A stretch of DNA of 64,000 nucleotides from Octopus vulgaris. Taxonomy: Eukaryota. The position numbers were made by a program, and so were the translations under genes. The stretch spans positions 80,414,001 to 80,478,000 of the forward strand of contig OX597827.1 in the NCBI GenBank assembly GCA_951406725.2, in the 5' to 3' direction. Of this stretch, positions 33,572-46,745 are shown piece after piece. The notes under the pieces are model-generated. The model ran no database searches. It was not told the DNA's origin and saw only the letters and a program-made list of their open reading frames with translations. Within the stretch, counting starts at the first letter, position 1. Every line of letters starts with the position of its first letter.

Positions 33572-35947
33572 TGGGGTAGGTTTTGGTAAAGTTCTCGACT
33601 GAACTGAAGATTCATATTTGTTCTGTAGCTGACCTTCTGCATAACATTCACTCTTGGATCTCTCAGAATAGATATTCCGCTTCACCATCTCTTCTGCATT
33701 CCTCGACATAGCAACAGAAGTGTTAGTCTGGTACAACAATTGTTTCATCTCTGCTCTACCTTGGTAGGCTGTATTCTTTGTGGCAGCAGCTGTGTTATCT
33801 CTGTGTTTAATACATTTCATAATACACAGCGTTATAGAAACAACAATAGCCACTGATATTATTACTGCTGATGATACAATGATAATAACCCATGTCATAT
33901 GGACCCGACCTGAAGATTGTAAAGGTCCACTCTTCGACATTGGTGATGTCTCGTTACTAACAGCCAATACCAAAGTGACACTAGTTGTTGACGACTGAAC
34001 TGGACTACCACTGTCCTTCACAACAAACACCAGCTCATAACTTCCAGCATCATTTAGATAAACTTGTCTGGAGAAGGATAAAGCACCACTGTGTGAGTTC
34101 ATACTAAACAACTGTTTAGCATTTCCTTGTATGATTGCATATCTGAGGAAAGCATTGTTTCCACTGTCCCCATCAGAGGCTCTCAAAACTGTGATGTCAC
34201 TCTTACTCTGCGGATGGTACTGCACATTTAGCGTGTAAGGGTCACTACTAGGATATGTAAAATACGGAGCATTGTCATTTTGATCTAGAATCTCAACAAC
34301 AACATTCGCTGTGTCATTCAGAGATGGGCTTCCATTATCTTTGACAAAAACCTCAAACTTATACACATCTTGTTTCTCTCTGTCCAATGACATGGTCGCT
34401 GAAATGAAGCCATAACTGGTGATGAGAAATGGGAGATTGGATTTTTCTTTACGCAGCAGAGAATATGTGAGTTGTCCAGCAGATCCAAGATCAGGGTCAG
34501 TGGCATTGACAAAACCAATAGGGAAGTCTTTATCTTTGTTTTCGTAGGTGAGGAATTGGAATGTATCTTTGGTAAACTGTGGTTGTACATCGTTGATGTC
34601 AGTCACTTGGATAGAGAGGCTTTTAACACTTTTGAGAGGAGGTAATCCTTTATCTTGACAGGAGACAGGAATGTTATAGTGTCCTTGTGTTTCTCTGTCC
34701 ACTGGTTTGTTTAGAATGATTTTATATTCTTTAGATCCCATTGACTGTAGTTTGAATGTATCATGTTTGATATCACAGCTGACCTCTCCATTTTGTCCCA
34801 CATCATTGTCAGTGACCATCACATAAGCAATGAAACTACCGACTTTGATGTTTTCAGAGATGGTACCTGTGTTATAATTGAGTGCAGAGACATAATCTAT
34901 ATTCATAGATGGAGGATTATTGTGTTGGTTGATAACATTCACTAGAACTGTTGCTATAGAACTAAAGGGTGGGGTGCCCCCATCTCTGGCTTCAATAAAC
35001 AATTCATAAGTTTTCTTTTTACCTAGACTCGAATATTTACTTAAGAAAATATTTCCACTGGTTTCATTTAACAGGAAATAGCTTTTTGCTAGATCTGATG
35101 TCTTTGGACTGAAGTGGAAAGTAATTTTACCATTTTCACCAGAATCAGCATCAGTCACAGACAAAACAATGATGGGCTTAGCTTTGTGATGTGCACTTTG
35201 TATGGATATATTATATAGAGGTTTAGAAAACTCTGGTGGGTTGTCATTCAAATCTGTTATGGAAATATTTATATTTAGAATACCTTGTTTTGCTGGTGAC
35301 CCTCCATCTTTAGCTATGACCTGTAATAAATACGTATCTTTCATTTCTCTGTCTAATGATTCTTTTAAAACTATATTAAGAGAAGAAATACCATCAGCTC
35401 TTTTAGACACTGACAGAGAGAATGGTTCTCCATTCTTTGATTTTAATTTATATTGTATTAATGAGTTTTGAAATCCTACATCTTTGTCTATGGCATTCGG
35501 TAGTGATCTTTTTGAACTGATGCGGGCATCTTCTCCAAACTCTATGTTGACATTCTTTATAGGAAATTCTGGTTCATGGTCATTAATATCTTCTATTACA
35601 ATTTTGACTTTTAATATTTTTGTGAAACTATCCATTTTCTTTATAATAACTTTCACAGTTCTAGAACATTCTTTGTTGAATGTGCAGAGATCTTCTGCAT
35701 CCAGTGTCTGAGCAGTGTACAGTTTACCTGTTTTGGTGATATTAAATAACTGTGCCACCTTTCGTTTGAATTGACTGAATGTTATCAAATGTTGGTCAGA
35801 TGGTTTAACATTGTCTAAAAGTTTAGAATCGGCAGCAATGTCTGCTACATACGTTCCTGGACTTCTCTCTTCTTCCACATGGTAGGTAAGGTCTATGGTC
35901 AAAACACAGTGGACCAGTGACAATACAATAGACAACGATAGGAACAT
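33572..35947 (-). CDS. PCDH: Protocadherin P4 large exon
   Basis: 806-aa ORF with six EC repeats and TM. Donor at 33571; acceptor at 36005-36006. Confidence 0.97.
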
Positions 35948-36698
35948 ATTGTTGTATAATAATGGTTATTGGTGAAGATTGTTCAGATATGATGAGGACT
36001 AAACCTAAAACAGAAAAATAAGTTTGTAGATAATCAAATGAAAAGTTATTATAAGACTGAGACATTAGGAATCAAATAGATTTAGAAATATCAAAAAAAG
36101 GTATTATTGTTGAGACATAATTTCTAATACAATATTATAGAATGTACTATGGATTGTAAGAAGGCTTTCAATTTATAAAAAGTAGCTTCCTAGTGAAGCC
36201 TCCACACAACCTAGTTACATTTTCCTTACAAAATACAAATTTTTTCAGCTTTGTATCTCAAACTCTAGTTGTTACTAAAAGAGTGAACTCTACAATTGTT
36301 GACCTTCTTTTCCCTACTTGATTTCTTTTAATAGGATATGAATATGAAAAATTGTTAGGCAATGTTTGTTGAAAGCTTTGCTTCAAGCCCAAATCCTTTC
36401 AAACTCTCTTCAGATAATATGAAGATGTCTGATAATCTTTTGAGCAATATCAAGGATGTCTACTCCATTATTATGTTATCTACAACCCTTATTTTCAGTA
36501 GTTCTATTTCTAAAATAACTTTTGGTTCTTCTCATTTCAGAAATGCAAATTTAGTTGATGACAAATTTGAAGTTGTATCATTAATAACAAACTAAACTAG
36601 AGTTGATAATTAAAGCAAACTTTGTACAGCATCACTCATATTCACTCTTTTACTGTCATCACAAACCACATTTAATCCTTTGCTGCTACCACAAATCA

Positions 36699-36750
36699 CA
36701 TGTGTCACTGAAGTTGTATGTTTTGTGGAAGTACGTCCATCTAATGATAC
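36699..36750 (-). promoter_or_regulatory. Ectopic 52-bp copy of the P4 core-promoter/Inr segment inside P4 intron 1
   Basis: catgtgtcactgaagttgtatgttttgtggaagtacgtccatctaatgatac is identical to 40164-40215. Confidence 0.6.
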
Positions 36751-37439
36751 ATGTATGATGACTGTCACAAATATATTCCTCTTTCTTTTACATACAATTT
36801 TAACAATCTTTAGTAACATTTTTTGAGCTTCTATCCTTCGCATAGCCAACACAAGAGAATGCAAAGACCTGCAGCAGTAAAACAACATAATGAACTTAGA
36901 CCACTAATGAGCAATAGTGTACTACTAGAGCTTTCATTGTTTGACAGGAGTTCCAATTACGACCATCTCTTCTCTTTTTTTCAGGTATATTATCTATATC
37001 CAGAACTTGGCTGATTATCCAGGATATTCAGCCATATTTAAGATGTTGATGAAGCTGTTACTTTTAGCAGGTGAAGCAGAAGTCTATATTGTCATTGTCC
37101 AAAGGCATACAAAGAGTAACAGAACAAACTGTTGTATTGCATCATTTAGAATTAGTTACTGCATGTCAGAATATTCAGTGTAGTCTTCAGCTTTGAGAAG
37201 GTATGGTACTTTTGGAGTAAAATATCTATGGAATGCACCTGGTCAATGAAGTGAAATCAAGACCAGGACAGATAAAGCAACTTCAGTATTCCAATGGCTT
37301 TGTGCAATATAGAGATTAAAGACCATCAATAAGAAGATAAAGCTGCAGCTATATTCATATATTGTTACGTTAGAAGTATCTAAGTCTGTGAAACCGGGAA
37401 GGAGACAGCAAAGATCTCTCAAGTGCCGGACATGTTTCA

Positions 37440-37760
37440 TTGATGTTACCTACATTCAATCCTGTGCATGTGTTACAGGGACAGAGTGAGAAACCAAGAG
37501 ACGATGAGAAGAACTGGCACGGGAAGTTTGCAGCAAATGGTGACTGAGTAGCAGATATGGTTTACTGGCCATGTGCTTCAGTTATTACAGAAGTAACAGA
37601 CTACCATGCCAGAAGGAGGAAGAAGACTGAGTGGACGATCAAAGAAGACATGGTCCCAGGACAACATGATAGCAATGGGAGTCAGCCTGAGTAGGGTTAA
37701 GAGGAAAGTAAGCAATCGGGTTTTGTTTGGAGAGGGCTCAATGCTCATTGTGCTGACAGC
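37440..37760 (+). mobile_element. Decayed RTE-like LINE 3' fragment
   Basis: Broken frame WFTGHVLQL...PEGGRRLSGRSKKTW. Confidence 0.55.
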
Positions 37761-40001
37761 ATTGGAAAATCTAAGAGCTAAGAGAGAATTATGTAACATG
37801 AAGAAACAACCTAATAACCCACATACCGTTTGCAGGTTGCCTAATGTGCTTGTAGATTTTAGATGGAATCTGAAGTTTTTGGCTTAAAAAGATTGACAAA
37901 ATAAATGCAATAAACTGGAATAAAGTTCTAAAAAAATCATATGATACATGTTGAACTGTTAATTCCCCATGCACCCTTGATAGCCATATTCTATTTTGTA
38001 ACAGATAATTGGGGTGACATAAGAACAAAATTATACATTGGGTCCCTACAATTTTGTCCAGACGTCCGGCAATCTACAACATAACTGAACGCTAGCAGCA
38101 ATCTTGGAGATTATCAAACTGTTTTCTCCTGCTGTCACCCGACACTACAACTACAAACCATCTACACAGACACACTATAAAAGGTGCTTTAGTGCAATGT
38201 CTGGGCAAGCATTCTAGAATCTACAATGAATCTAAAAAAAATTGCAGCTAACCATCACTAACTAAATATTTTACATCTGCCTCTATATTGGTTATTGTTC
38301 AGCCTGCCATCCATAGTATGGATACAAACTACCCTGACAGGCACATGGCATTACCATAAATTCACATGTAAGATGACAGAATGTGCTCGGTTTTACATCA
38401 GATTGAAAAATGATGTGAAGTGAACAGCTACCTATATGCAATGGATCTTATCAAATTGACTGTAATTATCCAATTACAAAATATTCTATTCTATTAAAAA
38501 AACAAACAAACAACCTATTTACATTTTAATATTTATTAAATTATGCAAGAAGCAGTTGCACATCTTTAAACATTTAATGATGAATACACACGGTTTTCAC
38601 TAACTTCAGGTAAAGTTTCTCTACATAACCTGTACTAAAATAGAGATACTTATTCTACATTAAGAAACATTATTTCAAGGCTTTTTATTTATTTATTTAA
38701 TTTCTTTATTTCCATTCTGTACAGTACTGTGCATCTGGAAGGTTCCAGCTTCATATTAATTTTTCTATGAGAAGAGGATGCTAGCTTACTCAATCCATCT
38801 CCATTTCTGAGGAAAGAGACTCTGAATGGTTTCCTACAGATCTTCTCACAGCACAGCACAACTGTTTCTGAGAGGACTTGGCTGATTGATCAACCCCAGA
38901 AGGATGTAAGGGAAAGTTGACCACAGTGAGATTTGAACCTAGAACTGGAGCAAAACCCATAAGGAATTATGTCTGATACTCGGACTCAGCCAATTTGTCA
39001 CTTTATTTTAAGGTAGAAACAATTTGGAAATCATTCGTTGATTTTATGCTTGTGGCATATATTATAAGACTAAAAGACATATGCATACACAAATACGTAA
39101 AACCATAGACATCACTCTGCTCCATATAAAAGAATGAAGGGGTTTCATATATTTCACAATTATCTTCTAATAACTCGCATTATTCATTCACAATATATTA
39201 CTGTTCAATGAATGCTATTATATACAATAGTAATCTAGGAAGAAAATTTCATACGATTTTCGATGCTGCATCAACAATAACAATATGATTCATTTCAGAT
39301 ACACAATTAAATCTACCTGAAAACCGTTTCATATATGTTCTAAAGTAAAGAAATATTTTTCATTCTGATGGAGGATCAAAATATTTTCTAGATATTTCAT
39401 CAACTTGAAAATAGCAAGTATATAACTGTATAGGAATAAATAATTCTTATATACAACATATTATCATTTGTATTCACTTCCTCACATCTGCAAATACTAA
39501 TATGTCTGCTACTATTCTTAGTTCCAGCCTAAACCAGACTACTGTCCCATCTTCGCTAACAATTTTACCTCTCATAATCAAATTTAAAGGCATTGTAGTA
39601 GAATTCTGTATATTTTGCATACAATATCTAACATAACCTTTCATACACAATCTGCTCTGAAAATACAATATTACATCTTAGTCACAAAAAAAGAAAACCA
39701 AACACACACTAAAACATTGCATAGGCTATTTCCTATTGTTACTTATTGATATATGTAACAAATATCATACAGACACAGATAATATTGTTATAACTGAATA
39801 AAGTTTAAATATTAAATATATGCAACACCATCCAATTAATTTTAAATAGATATGGACTACATTATTGAAAAATGTGGGAGATTATTGTTCAATCTCTTTG
39901 TTCTTTTGTTAATATTAAATGTATCAAAACATTATCTTACAGATTTGGTAAGTGATAATAAATTAAAATGAGATTATAAAGGAGATTAAATAGAAACTTA
40001 C

Positions 40002-40174
40002 CTTTTTAATAATTATATCATTGGTTATTCAGTGAGAAAGAGAAAGATGTATTGTTGTAGAAAGATCCATTGTAAGTGCTGCTGTAATGGTGTGACAATG
40101 GCTGTTATGGTGATGGAGTAGTGTAGCACGTCAGGCAGAGAGTCTGCTGCTAGGAGAGGGTTGCATGTGTCACT
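40002..40174 (-). other. Predicted non-coding first exon of P4
   Basis: Consensus leader copy. Confidence 0.8.
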
Positions 40175-40373
40175 GAAGTTGTATGTTTTGTGGAAGTACG
40201 TCCATCTAATGATACTTTGTGTATATATATACTTTTAGAGATGATTACTAATTACATATATAGAGATATGTATTTATATATCTACAATACTGTATACTTA
40301 GCATAATTGTTTGGTTTAATAACATCGATAGTGTGAGTAAATTTCATTGTTAGTGAATTCCTTCTACGGGAAT

Positions 40374-40407
40374 CTGATTGGCTGCATGACCTAAACAGAA
40401 GACCAAT
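40374..40407. promoter_or_regulatory. Inverted CCAAT pair, P4 promoter
   Basis: CTGATTGG, 21-bp gap, CCAAT. Confidence 0.75.
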
Positions 40408-40677
40408 GATAATTTTTTTTCTTTAATATTGATTTCTTTAGACTAATTAGAAGTTAGCATATTTATTGCAGATAAAAAGAAGTTGAGGGATATTCATGCC
40501 TTTCTCACAGAAACAAAATATTGGTAATTATTTACTTTTATGAAAATTTTCCTTAGAAATAAAATATTCGAGTAAAAATTTCAGTAAAATTTATATTTGT
40601 TCATTTTTCAATAAGGATATATCTCCATTACTCTAAGATCAAACACCTTTTGTTATTTCATTAGTATTGCTGCTTTT

Positions 40678-40749
40678 ATACACACACACATACACATATA
40701 CATATATATACACACAAATATATGTATACATAAATACATACATACACAC

Positions 40750-40792
<43 letters not shown>

Positions 40793-40822
40793 TATATATA
40801 TATATACATACACATATATATA
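40678..40822. repeat. Compound (CA)/(TACA)/(TA) microsatellite in the predicted P5 3' UTR
   Basis: Read directly. Confidence 0.9.
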
Positions 40823-40981
40823 TTGCAGCTATACAGTATACATAGCAAAGGCATTTTATATATGAATGTGTGCATGTGTGTGTCTTTGTGTATGTTATAA
40901 TGTTGGTTATGTACTAAACACTCTCTGCCACTTATGTTCATATAGAGAAGAGTAGTTATGTCACTTCACTAATATAATTAA

Positions 40982-41058
40982 TTACACGTGTTTCACAGGT
41001 GTTTCTTCACTACAGTCTTTTGATGTTGATGAATCGTTATTTTTATATATATTTTGAT
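40982..41058 (-). CDS. PCDH: Protocadherin P5 terminal coding exon
   Basis: aattccag| then DQNIYKNNDSSTSKDCSEETPVKHV-TAA. Confidence 0.85.
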
Positions 41059-41685
41059 CTGGAATTTAGATACAAAATATAAAGATTTACAAAAGATTTT
41101 CGTATCATAATTTTGTAAATACACAAACAAAATATATAAAAAAATATATAAAATCTTAGAACAAACAAAATTGAAAACTTAAAATATTCTCAAGCTTTGA
41201 GAAGAAAAGAAAAATGAATAAAATAGTAAATATATTACATTTATATGTTTTTTTAGCAAGATTCTTGATGTGAACACATGTGTTGAAAAGGATATTGTTA
41301 TACTTGGGGACGGTCACTTTTCTTTGCCAACTAAACACACACACTGTCTATTCAATCTTCACTAGTTTTTATTCATTTTATTTTGAATTTATACATCAAT
41401 CAAAATTCCATCAGTGACAATCTCTCTCCTGTGTCTCCTATTGTCCTGCTTATTTCAAAGAACTTTGACAGACATAGAAACTAAAAGTAACACAAATAAA
41501 AACATTAGTGAAGATCGGATAAGTAGCGCAGGTGTTTAATTGGCAGAAAAATAAAAATAAAATAAGCATCTCCTAGTTTAATAATCATAAATATGTTACT
41601 CAAAATAAACTACAAATTTGTTAAAATGGAAAAGTTCACATTTAAGAAGGGATCAAAGTGAAATATTGTCAATGTAGTTACTAAC

Positions 41686-41839
41686 CCGATACTCCTGGTA
41701 TTTCTTCATAATGTTTCAAGTCTCCATGTCTACCACTTCTCTTGGATGACATTGTATCTGATGTATAGTTACAAACCATAGTAGCATTATCTTCCACAGC
41801 ATCATCACTTGATGTCACCACAACAGGTTGACAGTATTT
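41686..41839 (-). CDS. PCDH: Protocadherin P5 exon 3
   Basis: 154-nt exon; donor G|GTTAGT. Confidence 0.88.
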
Positions 41840-42010
41840 CTGTTGACAAACAAACAATAAAGAAATGTGAGAAGACACCAAACAATGGAAGTTACAATCA
41901 ACATGGAAAGAGAACAATTTAATATTGGAATGTATTATTGAAGTTAAAACATATTCAAAGAGATTTCATTGTTCACTTTTACAGAGAGAAAATGTAATGT
42001 TTCCACTTAC

Positions 42011-44386
42011 TGGGGTAGGTTTTGGTAAAGTTCTTGACTGAACTGAAGATTCATATTTGTTCTGTAGCTGACCTTCTGCATAACATTCACTCTTGGATCT
42101 CTCAGAATAGATATTCCGCTTCACCATCTCTTCTGCATTCCTTGACATAGCAACAGAAGTGTTAGTCTGGTACAACAATTGTTTCATCTCTGCTCTACCT
42201 TGGTAGGCTGTATTCTTTGTGGCAGCAGCTGTGTTATCTCTGTGTTTAATACATTTCATAATACACAGCGTTATAGAAACAACAATAGCCACTGATATTA
42301 TTACTGCTGATGATACAATGATAATAACCCATGTCATATGGACCCGACCTGAAGATTGTAAAGGTCCACTCTTCGACATTGGTGATGTCTCATTACTAAC
42401 AGCCAATACCAAAGTGACACTAGTTGTTGACGACTGAACTGGACTACCACTGTCCTTCACAACAAACACCAGCTCATAACTTCCAGCATCATTTAGATAA
42501 ACTTGTCTGGAGAAGGATAAAGCACCACTGTGTGAGTTCATACTAAACAACTGTTTATCATTTCCTTGTATGATTGCATATCTGAGGAAAGCATTGTTTC
42601 CACTGTCCCCATCAGAGGCTCTCAAAACTGTGATGTCACTCTTACTCTGCGGATGGTACTGCACATTTAGCGTGTAAGGGTCACTACTAGGATATGTAAA
42701 ATACGGAGCATTGTCATTTTGATCTAGAATCTCAACAACAACATTTGCCGTGTCATTCAGAGATGGGCTTCCATTATCTTTGACAAAAACCTCAAACTTA
42801 TACACATCTTGTTTCTCTCTGTCCAATGACATGGTTGCTGAAATGAAGCCATAACTGGTGATGAGAAATGGGAGATTGGATTTTTCTTTACGCAGCAGAG
42901 AATATGTGAGTTGTCCAGCAGATCCAAGATCAGGGTCAGTGGCATTGACAAAACCAATAGGGAAGTCTTTATCTTTGTTTTCGTAGGTGAGGAATTGGAA
43001 TGTGTCTTTGGTAAACTGTGGTTGTACATCGTTGATGTCAGTCACTTGGATAGAGAGGCTTTTAACACTTTTGAGAGGAGGTAATCCTTTATCTTGACAG
43101 GAGACAGGAATGTTATAGTGTCCTTGTGTTTCTCTGTCCACTGGTTTGTTTAGAATGATTTTATATTCTTTGGATCCCATTGACTGTAGTTTGAATGTAT
43201 CATGTTTGATATCACAGCTGACCTCTCCATTTTGTCCCACATCATTGTCAGTGACCATCACATAAGCAATGAAACTACCAACTCTGGTATTTTCAGAGAT
43301 GGTACCTGTGTTATAATTGAGTGCATTAACATAATCAATATCAATAGATGGAGGATTGTTGTGTTGGTTGATAACATTTACGAGGACTGTTGCTATGGAA
43401 CTGAGAGGAGGGTTGCCTCCATCTCTAGCCTCTATGAATAATTCGTAAGTTTTCTTTTTCCCTAAGTTTGAATATTCCTTTAACAAAATATTTCCACTGG
43501 TTTCATTTAAGTGAAAATAGCTTTCTGCTAGATCTGATGTTTTTGGACTGAAGTGGAAAGTAATTTTACTATTTTTACCAGAATCAGCATCTGTTACAGA
43601 CAAAACAATGATGGGTTTAGATTTGTGATGTGTACTTTGTATGGATATATTATATAGAGGTTTAGAAAACTCTGGTGGGTTATCATTAACATCTATTACA
43701 GAAATATTTATATTCAAAATCCCTTGTTTTGCTGGTGACCCTCCATCTTTAGCTATGACCTGTAATAAATATGTATCTTTGATTTCTCTGTCCAATGTTT
43801 CTTTTAAAACTATTTTAAGAGAAGAAATACCGTCAGCTCTTTTAGACACTGACAGAGAGAATGGTTCTCCATTCTTTGATTTTAATTTATATTGTATTAA
43901 TGAGTTCTGAAATCCAACATCTTTGTCTATGGCATTCGGTATTGATCTTTTTGCATTTTTGCGATCATCTTCACTAAACTGTATGTTCACATTATTCTTA
44001 AGAAACTCTGGTTCGTGGTCATTGATATCTTCTATTACAATTTTGACTTTTAATATTTTTGTGAAGCTATCCATTTTCTTTATAATAACTTTCACAGTTC
44101 TGGAACATTCTTTGTTGAATGTGCAGAGATCTTCTGCATCCAGTGTCTGAGCAGTGTACAGTTTACCTGTTTTGGTGATGTTAAATAACTGTGCCACCTT
44201 TCGTTTGAATTGACTGAATGTTATCAAATGTTGGTCAGATGGTTTAACATTGTCTAAAAGTTTAGAATCGGCAGCAATGTCTGCTACATATGTTCCTGGA
44301 CTTCTCTCTTCTTCCACATGGTAGGTAAGGTCTATGGTCAGGACACACTGGACCAGTGAGAATACAAAGGTCAATGGCAGTAACAT
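42011..44386 (-). CDS. PCDH: Protocadherin P5 large exon
   Basis: 806-aa ORF with six EC repeats and TM. Donor at 42010; acceptor at 44443-44444. Confidence 0.97.
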
Positions 44387-45329
44387 GTTGCTGCTGGATG
44401 TTGGTATTTCTAAAAGATTTTCAGATATGCTCAGGAATGAACCTAAAACAGAAGGATATATGATCTTTTTAAAAACTTTGTCATTATGAGGAATAGTTTT
44501 GATAACATTTTCTGGTCAATTTATTTTGGAAGTAAATGCATGGGAAGAAATTAAATATACTTACAGCACAGTTTTAAGATCTGGAAAGAAAATTCTAATA
44601 AACCCTTGGTTATGAGCTACTTTTGTTCCTCTAGAGGTGGCATACAACAGAACAGTGAGAGGAGAGGTTTGATGAAATAACTATGAATTACAGGAAAAGA
44701 TACACTTAAAAGATGGAGAGCCTTGTTGAGGATTGGAGAGAAAAAAAGGGAGCAGCTGTAGTGTATTTGTGAATGGATTATTGTCAGTCGTTGGGTGAGC
44801 AATTTTAGATGAGGGTCTTCAGTGTTTGTGTAGTAAGAGATAAACATTTTTAAGGAGTTTGTAAATGGAGAGTGCATATCTTGCATGAAGTGTGCATATT
44901 GCTTAAGCCTGAACCCTCTTTGTCGAAGGTTAAGCAATGTGCACTGCTAAATTGGAAGCTATACGTGCAGGGTAGTTTGAAGAAAGGATTACAGCAGCAT
45001 TCTTCAATCTTTTTATGCTTAACAACACCATTTCTAAATTTTGGGAGGATAAAATTTACATGTAGCCCACTAATATTTAAACTGAAGAAAAAAAACAAAA
45101 ACTGAAACATACTTAGCCTGTATTAAACAATAAAATTGATTGAAATTAACTGGTATTTAAGGATTTCCTAGAGCCTAATGCTAAGAAACTAAATTTTAAG
45201 AGGGCTTGGTTTGAATTTTGTAAGAAACAAACAAATGCCTGTTCTTTCAACAATTTTCAGACAACTTTTGGTGACAATATAATCTACAGCCCTGAAGCCT
45301 AAATCAACTAGATATGGGGGTGGGCAAAA

Positions 45330-45592
45330 TAAATAAATAAATGAATGTTCCTTCTCAAGCCATGCCAGGCTTATAAGGGCCGGTTTCCCGGTTTCAGTGG
45401 CGGAGAAATTCCCCACCTGGATGGGACGCCAGTCCGTCGCAGAATTACTCATTTTTGCCAGCTGAGTGGACTGGAGCAATGTGAAAATGAAGTGTTTTGC
45501 TCAAGAACACAATGCATCACCTGGTCCAGGAATTGAAACCACAACCTTATGATCATGAGTTCAACACCCTAACCACTAAGCCACGTGCCTCC
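45330..45592 (-). mobile_element. tRNA-derived SINE
   Basis: Reverse strand reads ggcacgtggcttagtggttagggtgtt...tggtttcaattcctgg (A and B boxes). Confidence 0.7.
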
Positions 45593-46389
45593 AGGGGCGT
45601 GGGCAAAGGTAGTCGTTATTAAACACTTCTTTTCACAATTTTAGTATAATGTAGTCATTTTTTTTAGCATCTTAATAGTGTTTTGGTAGCAATCAAAACT
45701 TAAAATTCAATGAATTATTACTTTCTTGTCTGTAAATTATGAAACACATTCAATTCTTCCAAAGTTTGTTTACAAAATGTTGTTGTATTCCAAAAGCTAT
45801 GATATTTAGTGTTTAATTTGACGGACATTGTTGTCAGTGGGCCGTTTAAACTTAATAGTTAGAGCACTCAGCTGGTGACAGAGGGGTACAGGTTCTAGTC
45901 CTGCTTGACAGATGGTTCAGCAAAAAGAGACAGAATAAGTACCAGATTTAAAAACATAAGGACTGAGGTCAATTCATTCGACTAAAAATTCAAGGCTGTG
46001 CTCCAGCATGGCCACAGTCTAACGGCTGAAACAAGTAAAAGGTAAGAGATATCTTGATTTAACATATCTTAGTTTTAATGCTTCTTCTTGTCACACCAGC
46101 CTCAGCAGAATTTCCAGAAGAAGCATTCACCATAAAGTCATGGTTTCAAAATACCACCAAATCATTTTTCTATATTCATTTTAAGTTCACTGGGGTCACA
46201 ACCGAATGCTTCAATTTCTCCTGTCATTGCAAACATCTTCATTTGATGAGAGTTCTTAAAACTAATGAAATTCTTCCTTTAATAGGATTATGATGGAAAC
46301 GATCAAGTTTTCAAGAAAAAAAATGTAACAAGATTTTTGCAGTTGTTAAGAGTTAAATTATTAACCATCTTACAAACAATAACTCTGAG

Positions 46390-46745
46390 CACCTTTTCAA
46401 ACTCCACCTGTCTAACACCCGTGGACATGTTTACAAAGTCAGAAAACAGCATAGCTCCCATGACTTTCGGAAACATTTTTTCACACTAAGAGTTGCTGAA
46501 GCATGGAACAAACTGCTGGCATCAGTTCTTAGTTGTCGGAGCACTGCATCCTTCAAAACTTCCTGAGATTTGCCAACACTACACCTGATTTTCTCCTTCC
46601 ATATACATGGCAAGCATGTATCTGACTCATACACTGTTCACTTCCCAGACATTTGTACATTACTGCATATGCTTTATATGCACTTTTGACAAGTTGTGGT
46701 ACATCTGAGCACTGTATACAATAATTTCATTATTATTATTATTAT
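46390..46745 (+). mobile_element. CR1-type LINE 3' end with (ATT)n tail
   Basis: Translates TRGHVYKVRKQHSSHDFRKHFFTLRVAEAWNKL...SFK, the characteristic CR1 ORF2 C-terminus. Followed by a short UTR and ATT repeats. Confidence 0.85.

Noticed and set aside
45525-45592. tRNA-like sequences here and at ~10610-10670, ~16860-16920 and ~55305-55362
   Set aside because: A and B boxes only, with no complete cloverleaf; they are heads or modules of repeats.
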